This document shows, in pieces, positions 22,298-30,906 of a DNA stretch of 64,000 nucleotides. The position numbers were made by a program, and so were the translations under genes. This stretch comes from an uncultured Alphaproteobacteria bacterium (lineage in GTDB: Bacteria; Pseudomonadota; Alphaproteobacteria; HIMB59; GCA-002718135), in contig CACMPM010000004.1 of the NCBI GenBank assembly GCA_902615625.1, forward strand, positions 10,290 to 74,289, written 5' to 3'. Below the pieces are notes generated by a model, which was not told where the DNA came from, did not search any database, and saw only the letters and a program-made list of their open reading frames with translations. The stretch's first letter is position 1, and every line of letters begins with the position of its first letter.

Positions 22298-25051
22298 TTA
22301 TAACTTCTCAATTTTTGCTGCACAATATTTAAATTCAGGAATTTTTCCATATGGATCTAAAGCTGGATTAGTTAAAAGATTAGCAGCAGACTCATTATAA
22401 CAAAATGGAATAAATATGACTCCATCAGGAATCGCCCTGTCTTGCCTTACTCTAATATCTATTGAGCCTCTTCTAGTTGTGACTTTTATTTTATCACCAG
22501 CTTTCATATTATTTTTAATTATATCTTTAGGTGATATTGAAACTGAAGGTTCTGGTTCGATAGCATCTAAATTTGATGCCTTTCTAGTCATAGCTCCAGT
22601 ATGCCAATGCTCTAATTGTCTTCCTGTAGTTAGTATCATTGCAAACTCTTTATCAGGTACCTCATCTGGTGCAGTAACACTAGCTGGAACAAATTTACCT
22701 TTACCATTTTCGTTGGGAAATTTATCACCAAAAACAATTTCATCTCCTGGTGTAGTTGGGGATTTGCTTGGATAAGTTACAGAGTTTTCATTTTCTAATC
22801 TTTCCCAAGAAATATTGTTTAAAGAAGGCATTGTTAGTGACATTTCTTCATAAATTTCCTTGGGATGATTGTATTTCCAATTTAAACCCATTCTTTTTCC
22901 AAGTTCATTCGTTATCCACCAATCTTCTTTAGCTTCACCTGGAGAATCTAAGGCTTTTCTTCCCATCTGTACTTGCCTATTAGTATTAGTGACTGTTCCA
23001 TTTTTTTCAGGCCATGCTGAAGCGGGGAAAATAACATCCGCATATGTTGCTGTTTCAGTTAAAAAAATATCTTGAACAACTAAATGCTCTAACATTTGTA
23101 GAGCTTCTCTTGCATGATTTAGATCAGGGTCAGACATTGCTGGATTTTCACCAAGTATATACATACCTTTAATTGTATTCTCGTGAATAGCATCCATAAT
23201 TTCAACAACAGTTAGACCTTTTTTGTCATCTAGAGGAGTGTTCCAAAGTTTTTCAAAGAAATCTTTATTATTATTTTTATCAACAAATTGGTAATCAGGA
23301 TACATCATTGGTATAAGACCGGCATCAGAAGCTCCTTGAACATTGTTTTGTCCTCTTAAAGGATGTAAACCAGATCCTCTTTTTCCAACATTCCCTGTCA
23401 TCAAAGCTAGAGAAATTAAACATCTAGCATTGTCCGTACCATGTGTGTGTTGAGAAACCCCCATCCCCCAAAAAATTATTCCTTTATTTGTATTAGCAAA
23501 TAAGCGTGCTACTTCTCTTATAAGTTCTGGATCGATACCTGTTTCGTTTTCCATTATATCAGGTGAATAATTCATTAAATGTTTTCTTAATTTTTCAAAT
23601 CCTTCAGTTTGTTTTTTAATATATTCGGAATTAAATATATTTTCTTCGACAATAACATTCATTATTGAATTTAAGAGAGCAACATCAGATCCTGGTTTAA
23701 ATTGTAACATATGAGTTGCATGTTTTTTTAAGGAATGGCCTCTAGGATCCATCACAATTAATTTAGAACCTTTTTTAGCAGCATTCTTAAAAAAAGTTGC
23801 TGCAACAGGATGGTTTTCAGTAGGATTTGCTCCAATGACTATTATCACATCTGAATGTTCAACTTCATAAAATGGAGCAGTAACAGCTCCTGAACCAATT
23901 GTTTCCAATAAAGCAGCTACAGAAGACGCATGACAAAGTCTTGTACAATGATCAACATTATTTGTATTGAAACCAGTTCTGATTAATTTTTGAAATAAAT
24001 AAGCCTCTTCATTTGAACATTTAGCTGATCCAAAACCTGCAAGATTACTCTTACCATTTCTTTGTTCATTAAGTTTTAAAAATCCTTGTGCAGCATAATT
24101 TAGAGCTTCATCCCAAGATGCTTCTCTAAAATATTCATGAATGTTCGAAAAATTAATACTTGGGTGTAAGTCTTTTGCTTTACCTTTAATTCTAATCAAT
24201 GGCTTTGTAAGTCTTTCAGGATTATTTACATAATCAAAACCAAACCTTCCTTTTACACATAATCTATTCTTGTTTGCGGGACCATCAACACCATTAACGT
24301 ATTTAATTTTGTTATCTTTTACATTGTATTCTATCTGACAACCAACACCACAATAAGGACAAACACTATCAATTTTTTTATCTACCTTAGTATGACCAAC
24401 ACCATCCTTATCTACGATGGATGCCGGCATTAATGCTCCAGTTGGACAAGCTTGTACACATTCACCACATGCCACACATGTACTGTCACCCATTGGATCA
24501 TCAAAATCGAATACAATTTTAGAATTTTCTCCTCGATATGCCATTCCGATGACATCATTTACCTGGACTTCTCTACATGCTCTTACACAAAGATTACATT
24601 GGATGCATGCATCTAGATTTACAGCCATGCTTGGATGAGAAACGTCTGCCTGACATGAATTTTTTTTTGGAAATCTACTTTCTTTAACTTCAACTTTGTC
24701 TATCCATTTCCAAAAGTCAGAATTATTATCATGAGCAATTTCTTTTTTTGGTTGGTCTGCTAGAAGTAACTCAAAAACTAACTCTCTTGATTTTTTAGCC
24801 TTTTCTGAAGAAGTTTTTACTTTCATACTATCAGTTGGCTTTCTAATACAAGATGCCGCCAACACACGTTCTCCTTCAATTTCAACCATACATGCTCTAC
24901 AATTTCCATCTGCTCTATAGCCAGGTTTATCGGAATAACATAAATGTGGGATTTCTGTTCCAAGTCTATTTGCAACTTGCCAAATAGTTTCATCAGCATT
25001 TGCTTCAACTAACTTTTTGTTTAAATAAAATTTTGTTTTCTCTTTAGTCAT
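22298..25051 (-). CDS. fdsA: NAD-dependent formate dehydrogenase alpha subunit (FdsA type; molybdopterin, Cys variant)
   Basis: 917 aa. The N-terminus is a NuoG-like 2Fe-2S domain (CYSDKPGYRADGNCRACMVE), followed by the 4Fe-4S clusters CIQCNLCVRAC and CVACGECVQACP. The molybdopterin domain begins CPYCGVGC. The active site reads VDHCTRLCHASS, with a Cys codon TGT at 23935-23933. Confidence 0.93.
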   Translation of the reverse strand: MTKEKTKFYLNKKLVEANADETIWQVANRLGTEIPHLCYSDKPGYRADGNCRACMVEIEGERVLAASCIRKPTDSMKVKTSSEKAKKSRELVFELLLADQPKKEIAHDNNSDFWKWIDKVEVKESRFPKKNSCQADVSHPSMAVNLDACIQCNLCVRACREVQVNDVIGMAYRGENSKIVFDFDDPMGDSTCVACGECVQACPTGALMPASIVDKDGVGHTKVDKKIDSVCPYCGVGCQIEYNVKDNKIKYVNGVDGPANKNRLCVKGRFGFDYVNNPERLTKPLIRIKGKAKDLHPSINFSNIHEYFREASWDEALNYAAQGFLKLNEQRNGKSNLAGFGSAKCSNEEAYLFQKLIRTGFNTNNVDHCTRLCHASSVAALLETIGSGAVTAPFYEVEHSDVIIVIGANPTENHPVAATFFKNAAKKGSKLIVMDPRGHSLKKHATHMLQFKPGSDVALLNSIMNVIVEENIFNSEYIKKQTEGFEKLRKHLMNYSPDIMENETGIDPELIREVARLFANTNKGIIFWGMGVSQHTHGTDNARCLISLALMTGNVGKRGSGLHPLRGQNNVQGASDAGLIPMMYPDYQFVDKNNNKDFFEKLWNTPLDDKKGLTVVEIMDAIHENTIKGMYILGENPAMSDPDLNHAREALQMLEHLVVQDIFLTETATYADVIFPASAWPEKNGTVTNTNRQVQMGRKALDSPGEAKEDWWITNELGKRMGLNWKYNHPKEIYEEMSLTMPSLNNISWERLENENSVTYPSKSPTTPGDEIVFGDKFPNENGKGKFVPASVTAPDEVPDKEFAMILTTGRQLEHWHTGAMTRKASNLDAIEPEPSVSISPKDIIKNNMKAGDKIKVTTRRGSIDIRVRQDRAIPDGVIFIPFCYNESAANLLTNPALDPYGKIPEFKYCAAKIEKL

Positions 25052-26747
25052 AAGTTATTTCATTGCTAAAATATTTTAAAACAGAATTTAATGGGTTTGT
25101 TGCAGCCTGTCCTAAACCACATATCGATGCTTGAGCCATAACTTCACTTAAATCTTTTAATTTTTCCTTGTTCCAATTTTTTTCTTGCATTAATTTTACA
25201 GTTTTCTCCGTACCGGAACGGCATGGTGTACATTGACCACAACTTTCCTCTTCGAAAAATTTTAGTAAATTAAGTGCAACATCTTTCATATTATCATGAT
25301 CCGACAATACAACTACTGCCGCTGAACCTAAAAAGCATCCGGCATCCATTAATTCTTTTGATCCATAATCAAGTGGAATATCGTTCATAGTAGCGGGTAG
25401 GATACCACCTGATGCACCTCCTGGAAGATATCCTTTAAAAGTATGTCCATCTGCCATACCATCACAATACTTATCAATTAATTGTTGAATTGTTATACCG
25501 GCTGGGGCAACTTTTACTCCTGGGTTCTTTACTCTTCCAGATACTGAAAAACTATGAAAACCCTTATTCCCATTGGACCCCTTTTCAGCAAACCACTTTG
25601 CTCCTTTTTCAATTATATCTCTTACCCAAAAAAGAGTTTCTAAATTATTTGTTAAAGTAGGACATCCAAATAAACCAATTTCAGCCACATAAGGCGGTCT
25701 ATGCCTTGGTAATCCTCTCTTGCCTTCAATACTTTCTATCATTGCTGACTCTTCTCCACAAATATAGGCTCCTGCCCCTCTTCTCACTATGAAAAAGTCT
25801 TTTGGAATTATTTTTTCATCTTCCATTTTATTTATTTCATCAAGTAAAATTTTTATAACTGTTGGATATTCATCTCTCATATAAATATAAACTTTTTGAG
25901 CATTTATAAAATGGGATGCAATTAAAGCTCCTTCTAAAAATCTATGTGGATCACTTTCTAAATATGACCTATCTTTAAATGTTCCTGGCTCACCTTCATC
26001 ACCATTAACAGCAACATATTTTTTACCATTGTAATTTGAAACAATTTCCCATTTTTTTCCTGTAGGAAATCCAGCGCCGCCCTTACCTTTCAATCCGCTT
26101 TCATTTAAAGATTCCAAAACTTGTTTTTTTGAAATAACACCATTTTTTATTTTGTTCGCAATTTCATAACCGCCTTTTTTTTTATAAGAAGATAAATTTA
26201 TATAATCTGGAATGAAGGGGTCAAAATTTTTTTCATCAATTGTTTTTTTAACTTTATCAAAATTAGCCACATCAACATAATTTTTTCCTACGCAAACAGT
26301 AGGGGCAACATTGCATCTTCCCATGCATGGCCCAGGTACGACTTTTATATTTTTATTTTCTAATTTTTTTATATCTTGAAGTAATTTGTGTGCGCCAAAT
26401 AATTCACAAGTTAAACTTTCACAAACCCTTACAACATTAACTGGGTTATAATCTTTACTATCTTTAACTACATTAAAGTGAGCATAAAAAGTTGCAACTT
26501 CATAAATTTCAGAAAGCGGTAAGTTAATAATAGTTGATAAAGCTACTAGATGTTTATCGTACAAAACACCAAATTTATCCTGTAATATATGCAAATATTC
26601 TATTAATTCATCTCGCTTAAATATTAACCCTGAAAACAATTTAGAAACTTCATCTAAATATTTATCTTCGACTTGTCTTCCTTTTGGAGTCCAACGTTTT
26701 TTCTTCTTTTTTAGAGAAGTTTCTGTTTGAGAGACAAATTTATCCAT
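25044..26747 (-). CDS. fdsB: formate dehydrogenase beta subunit, NuoE-like/NuoF-like fusion (FdsG-FdsB)
   Basis: 567 aa. The N-terminal roughly 160 aa are thioredoxin-like 2Fe-2S (CESLTCE...CMGRCNVAP). The rest is NuoF-like, with an FMN/NADH site (GKGGAGFPTGKKW, GDEGEPGTFKDR) and a 4Fe-4S cluster (ESCGQCTPCR). It overlaps fdsA by 8 nt. Confidence 0.92.
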   Translation of the reverse strand: MDKFVSQTETSLKKKKKRWTPKGRQVEDKYLDEVSKLFSGLIFKRDELIEYLHILQDKFGVLYDKHLVALSTIINLPLSEIYEVATFYAHFNVVKDSKDYNPVNVVRVCESLTCELFGAHKLLQDIKKLENKNIKVVPGPCMGRCNVAPTVCVGKNYVDVANFDKVKKTIDEKNFDPFIPDYINLSSYKKKGGYEIANKIKNGVISKKQVLESLNESGLKGKGGAGFPTGKKWEIVSNYNGKKYVAVNGDEGEPGTFKDRSYLESDPHRFLEGALIASHFINAQKVYIYMRDEYPTVIKILLDEINKMEDEKIIPKDFFIVRRGAGAYICGEESAMIESIEGKRGLPRHRPPYVAEIGLFGCPTLTNNLETLFWVRDIIEKGAKWFAEKGSNGNKGFHSFSVSGRVKNPGVKVAPAGITIQQLIDKYCDGMADGHTFKGYLPGGASGGILPATMNDIPLDYGSKELMDAGCFLGSAAVVVLSDHDNMKDVALNLLKFFEEESCGQCTPCRSGTEKTVKLMQEKNWNKEKLKDLSEVMAQASICGLGQAATNPLNSVLKYFSNEITYD

Positions 26748-26787
26748 TTCAATTAATATTATACTATATATTAAGTATCAGAAAACT

Positions 26788-27039
26788 ATGAAAGATTCAG
26801 TTGAAAATGAAGAATTAGTTCTTGATACTAGTGGTACAGAATGTCCTATACCAGTGCTTAAGGCTAGAAAACTTGCATCAGAATTAAACAAAGATACAAT
26901 TATTAAAATTATTGCAACTGATCCTTTGGCTGAAGCAGACTTTGAACATTATTGTGATCAGTCTAAGTATGAATATTTAAGTTGTGAAAAAATAAAAGAT
27001 AAAATTGTAATTCGTTATAGATTTAAAATTAAAAATTAA
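26788..27039 (+). CDS. TusA/SirA-like sulfurtransferase
   Basis: 83 aa. LDTSGTECPIPVLKARK matches the TusA-family CPxP active-site motif. Confidence 0.8.
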   Translation: MKDSVENEELVLDTSGTECPIPVLKARKLASELNKDTIIKIIATDPLAEADFEHYCDQSKYEYLSCEKIKDKIVIRYRFKIKN

Positions 27040-28250
27040 AATAGACTTTCATAATTATAAAAATCAAAAATATCTCCTTTTTTTACTTGAGAAACATTTT
27101 CATCAATTTCAATTATACCATCAGAATAGGATATAGAACTAATCATACCAGAACCTTGTTTAGGAAATTTATTTGCAATATTTTTATTATTTATAGTTTC
27201 TTTATTAACACGTAACCACTCCATTCTTTTTGTTTTTTTCATCATAGAAAAATTTGCTGTAATTTTACTTGATGATGGGAGCTTAAAATTTCCACCAGAT
27301 AATTTTTCTATTAATGGTCTTACTAACATTACATATAGTAATTGAACAGAAACTGGATTACCTGGTAAGCAAATTATGTAGCAATTATTGATTTTTCCAA
27401 CTGCAATTGGTCTTCCTGGTTTTATTGCTGCTCTCCAAAAATATACCTTACCTAATTCAGATAAAACTTTAATTACATGATCTTCATCACCAACAGATGC
27501 ACCACCAGCAGTTATTATTACATTAAATTTCTTTGAAGTATTAAAGATTTTATTTTTAATATATTTAAAATTATCTTTGAGATTTCCACAATATTTTTTT
27601 TCTATAAAATTCTTATCAAGTAAATTATATAAACTATAATAATTTGAATTATTAATTTCAGAATTTTTTAAATTTTTAGTTGGTTTTCGTAATTCATTAC
27701 CACTTGTAAAGAAACCAATTTTAATTTTTTTAAATACTTTTATTTTACTAATACCAGTAGCAGCAATTAAATTTATATTTTGTTGATTTAATTTAGACCC
27801 CTTTTCCAATATTTTTTGGTTTTTCTTTATATCTTCACCCTTTAATCTATAATTATCTCCAAATTTTGGAATTTTAATTAAATGAATTTTATTTCCTTTC
27901 TTGTATGTATTTTCCTGCATAACTATAGTTGATGAATTCGTAGGCATTTTTGCGCCAGTAAAGATTCTAACGGCTTCACCGGGTTTTACTTTTATATTTT
28001 TGTTATCTCCAGCTGCTATTCGTCTGTTACAAAAAAAATTTTTTTTTGTTTTTAAATCTGCTTTTAAAATAGCATAACCGTCTACAGCAGAATTATTAAA
28101 AGGAGGTAAATTTATTTTACTTTTTATATTTTCGTAAAGAAATCTATCCTCAGAATTTTCTAAATTAACTTTTTCAGAATTAGAAATTACAACCTTTTGT
28201 TTTTTAAATAAATTAATAATTTGTTTTTTGGTTAGAGGTGATTTATTCAT
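27036..28250 (-). CDS. moeA: molybdopterin molybdotransferase MoeA
   Basis: 404 aa with the MoeA-like elements SAVDGYAI, ITAGGASVGDEDH and LPGNPVS. Confidence 0.88.
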   Translation of the reverse strand: MNKSPLTKKQIINLFKKQKVVISNSEKVNLENSEDRFLYENIKSKINLPPFNNSAVDGYAILKADLKTKKNFFCNRRIAAGDNKNIKVKPGEAVRIFTGAKMPTNSSTIVMQENTYKKGNKIHLIKIPKFGDNYRLKGEDIKKNQKILEKGSKLNQQNINLIAATGISKIKVFKKIKIGFFTSGNELRKPTKNLKNSEINNSNYYSLYNLLDKNFIEKKYCGNLKDNFKYIKNKIFNTSKKFNVIITAGGASVGDEDHVIKVLSELGKVYFWRAAIKPGRPIAVGKINNCYIICLPGNPVSVQLLYVMLVRPLIEKLSGGNFKLPSSSKITANFSMMKKTKRMEWLRVNKETINNKNIANKFPKQGSGMISSISYSDGIIEIDENVSQVKKGDIFDFYNYESLF

Positions 28251-28732
28251 TAAAATTCTCTCAAAATAAAATCGACTATATTATCAATTTCGTCATTCTT
28301 AAAAATTCTCAAGTCAGTTTTAAGTTTATTATTTGTAATAATAGCTTTTATATTTTTAATTTTGGTAAATAAGTAATTATCATTATCATTTTTAATTATT
28401 TCAATTTTTGGGTGATTTTCATTTTTAAACCCTTCCACTATTACAATATCAATTTCTGAAAGTTGATTAATTAATTCATCTAATGTTTTTTCTTTTGAAT
28501 TGTTTAGCTCTGATATTTTAACCCATCGCTTTGATGAACTAACTATTACTTGAGAGGATCCCGATAATCTATGCTTAAAGCTATCTGTATTTTCATGATC
28601 TATATCAAATTCGTGATGTGCATGTTTAATTGAAGCAACACGAAAATTATTAGAGCTAAGTTTATTTATAATTTTAGTTGCAATAGTCGTTTTCCCTGAA
28701 TTCTTCCAGCCAACAATTCCTACTATTTTCAT
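28250..28732 (-). CDS. mobB: molybdopterin-guanine dinucleotide biosynthesis protein B
   Basis: 160 aa with the P-loop GWKNSGKTT followed by SIKHAHH, both typical of MobB. Confidence 0.85.
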   Translation of the reverse strand: MKIVGIVGWKNSGKTTIATKIINKLSSNNFRVASIKHAHHEFDIDHENTDSFKHRLSGSSQVIVSSSKRWVKISELNNSKEKTLDELINQLSEIDIVIVEGFKNENHPKIEIIKNDNDNYLFTKIKNIKAIITNNKLKTDLRIFKNDEIDNIVDFILREF

Positions 28733-29421
28733 TTAATAGATCTATTATTTAACAAATACACAAGAGAGTAAATAATTATTGTTATTGATATTAAAACTAA
28801 ACCTAATGCCATAGCGTATTCTAAATTTCCCATTCTAGTTTCTAAAGATATAGCAGTTGTCATTACTCTTGTATAATGATCAATATTACCGCCCACAATC
28901 ATAACTGCACCAACTTCTGAAATTGCTCTGCCAAAAGCAGATAATAATGTTGTTATTAATAAAAAATAACTATGGTTAAATAGAAGTTTAACAGAACCCC
29001 AAAAGGGAATATTTAAGGATCTTATCTGATCTTTAAATTCAAACCAATTTTTAGAAAATATCTCATGAGATAATGAAGCAATTATTGGAAAAATTATTAT
29101 AGTTTGAGCAATAATCATCGCAGAGGGCGTATATAGAAGCTGTAAGATACCTAAAGGTCCACCTGATGCAAAAATAAAATAAACAATTAAACCAACTACA
29201 ACTGGAGGAATTCCCATCAATGAGTTTATAATTATTAAGATAATTTTTTTGAAAAAAAAATTATAAATTGCAAAATAATACCCTACTATAAACCCTAATA
29301 ATGATGCAATAATTAGAGCGGTAAAACTTACAAATAATGATAAAAGTATAATGTCCCATAGTTCACTATCTAAAGTAATAATTAATAGTATGGAATTTGT
29401 GAAAATTTCTAATATGTTCAT
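28729..29421 (-). CDS. ABC transporter permease, TupB-like (tungstate/molybdate-type), orphan
   Basis: 230 aa with about 5-6 TM helices. The conserved loop GRAISEVGAVMIVGGNIDHYTRVMTTAISLETRMG looks to me like the TupB-type permease loop. It overlaps mobB by 4 nt. Confidence 0.7.
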   Translation of the reverse strand: MNILEIFTNSILLIITLDSELWDIILLSLFVSFTALIIASLLGFIVGYYFAIYNFFFKKIILIIINSLMGIPPVVVGLIVYFIFASGGPLGILQLLYTPSAMIIAQTIIIFPIIASLSHEIFSKNWFEFKDQIRSLNIPFWGSVKLLFNHSYFLLITTLLSAFGRAISEVGAVMIVGGNIDHYTRVMTTAISLETRMGNLEYAMALGLVLISITIIIYSLVYLLNNRSIK

Positions 29422-29447
29422 TTATATTATTAGTTTAATTACAACAT

Positions 29448-30263
29448 ATGGCAAAAAAAGAGAAATATTTAGTCTCACCTGATATTAATAATAAGTCCTT
29501 AATTACAAAACTAAATGGTTTTGATGAGAAAGGGAATAAAATAATTTCTAAAGTTATTAATGAAAAAGCTCTTACAATTTTTCTTAATAATCAAGAGATA
29601 GTAACACTAATGTCTATTAGTGATCACCCAAAATATCTTGCAGTTGGGTATTTATTAAATCAAAATATGCTTAAGAAAAATGACATAATTAGAAAAGTTG
29701 AAATTGATAAAGATTTAGGTGTGGTTGTTGTACGAACAAAACGTAAAACAAATTATGAAAACAAATTAAGAAAGAAAATAACAACTAGTGGTTGTGCAAT
29801 AGGTACAGTATTTGGAGATATCTATGCGGAAATAAAAAAATCAAAATTAAAATCCAAAAAGAAAATTAAACATAAATGGATTTATGAAATTTCAAAAAAA
29901 ATTACATTAACACCGAGCTTATATTTAGAAACAGGAGCAATACATGGTTGTGCCATTATTCATAATAATAAACCATTGATTTATATGGAAGACGTAGGAA
30001 GACATAATGCTGTAGATAAAATTGCTGGTTTTATGTTTTTAAAAAAAATTAGCTCTTCAAATAAAATTTTTTACACTACAGGAAGACTAACTAGTGAAAT
30101 GGTTATTAAAACTATAAAAATGGGTATTCCAATATTAATTTCTAGATCAGGATTCACAGCATGGGGTGTAGAGCTGGCAAGAGGCTCGAATTTAACACTT
30201 ATTGGACGAGCAAAGGGAAAAAAATATTTAGCACTTTCTGGAGAACATAGAATTGACCATTAA
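29448..30263 (+). CDS. fdhD: formate dehydrogenase accessory sulfurtransferase FdhD
   Basis: 271 aa with the FdhD signature DVGRHNAVDK and TGRLTSEMV. The loop TSGCAIG carries a single Cys, at codon 29793-29795. Confidence 0.88.
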   Translation: MAKKEKYLVSPDINNKSLITKLNGFDEKGNKIISKVINEKALTIFLNNQEIVTLMSISDHPKYLAVGYLLNQNMLKKNDIIRKVEIDKDLGVVVVRTKRKTNYENKLRKKITTSGCAIGTVFGDIYAEIKKSKLKSKKKIKHKWIYEISKKITLTPSLYLETGAIHGCAIIHNNKPLIYMEDVGRHNAVDKIAGFMFLKKISSSNKIFYTTGRLTSEMVIKTIKMGIPILISRSGFTAWGVELARGSNLTLIGRAKGKKYLALSGEHRIDH

Positions 30264-30855
30264 TAAGGAAAAAATTTTGTTTGCCATACTTGCGGGAGGT
30301 CAATCAAAAAGATTTGGAGGTGGATTTAAAGCTTTTGCTAAAATAAATGGAATTACAATCTTAGACAAAATAATAAACAAGCTTAAAAAATATAGTAATG
30401 AAATAATAATAAATGCTAATGACTTAAAAAATTTTAAGAAAATTAATTACCCAATAATTGAAGATAGATTCAAAGGTTTTGTAGGACCTTTAGCAGGAAT
30501 TCACACATCAATGTTGTGGGCTAAAGAAAATTACACAAACAAAGAATGGGTTTTTACTGTTCCAAGTGATACTCCATTTTTACCCGATAATCTTTTCGAT
30601 AAGTTTTTAGAGGCATATGATGAAAATGTAAAAATATTGATTGCAAGATCAAATAGTAGACATCATCCTGTAATAGCAATGTGGCATATATCCTTAATAA
30701 CTAGTTTAGAAAATGAGTTAATATTAAAAAATAGTAAAATTATGTTTTGGGTTAAAAAGCACAAATATAAATTTGTTGAATTCGACAAAAGCCAAGAAAA
30801 AAATTTTTTCAATGTTAATACTCAAGAAGAATGGAATACTGCAAAGAATATCTAA
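30253..30855 (+). CDS. mobA: molybdenum cofactor guanylyltransferase MobA
   Basis: 200 aa with the MobA motifs LAGGQSKRFGG, GPLAGI and PSDTPFLP. It overlaps fdhD by 11 nt. Confidence 0.88.
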   Translation: MTINKEKILFAILAGGQSKRFGGGFKAFAKINGITILDKIINKLKKYSNEIIINANDLKNFKKINYPIIEDRFKGFVGPLAGIHTSMLWAKENYTNKEWVFTVPSDTPFLPDNLFDKFLEAYDENVKILIARSNSRHHPVIAMWHISLITSLENELILKNSKIMFWVKKHKYKFVEFDKSQEKNFFNVNTQEEWNTAKNI

Positions 30856-30906
30856 ATTTGATATAAATATGTAAAAAATATTTTTTTTGTATAAAGAATA
30901 TTTTAA

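Noticed and set aside
22291-22350. Upstream 20 codons of the 60-aa ORF, overlapping the 3' end of fdsA.
   Set aside because: The internal ATG at 22290 yields a clean signal peptide plus lipobox and removes the overlap. The extension has no signal-peptide logic.
22416-22775. A 119-aa plus-strand ORF inside fdsA. The same applies to other ORFs inside fdsA (22869-23075, 24417-24638, 24823-25008) and to similar short ORFs inside fusA, rpoB, rpoC, glmM, ftsH, tolA, tolQ, purA, suhB and cfa.
   Set aside because: All are embedded in or antisense to long ORFs with clear family signatures. None has a motif, a Shine-Dalgarno or its own spacer.
23933-23935. Possible selenocysteine (in-frame TGA plus SECIS) at the FDH active site.
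   Set aside because: The fdsA frame is uninterrupted, and the Sec/Cys position reads TGT (Cys) in VDHCTRLCHASS. This is a Cys-type enzyme.
26748-26787. Moco riboswitch or other leader upstream of the Mo-cofactor/FDH genes. This also covers the spacer at 29422-29447.
   Set aside because: The divergent spacers are only 40 and 26 nt, far too short for a roughly 130-nt Moco riboswitch.
30873-30888. The AAAAAATATTTTTTTT palindrome after mobA as an intrinsic terminator. Similar AT-only palindromes occur in other spacers.
   Set aside because: Stems made only of A-T pairs have negligible stability and are expected by chance at this base composition.
22118-30906. The FDH/Moco cluster as a tRNA-Thr-targeted genomic island.
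   Set aside because: The cluster lies on the 5' side of the tRNA rather than the usual 3' attachment side. I could find no integrase, no direct repeat of the tRNA 3' end and no compositional shift by eye. Whether it varies among strains can only be tested by genome comparison.
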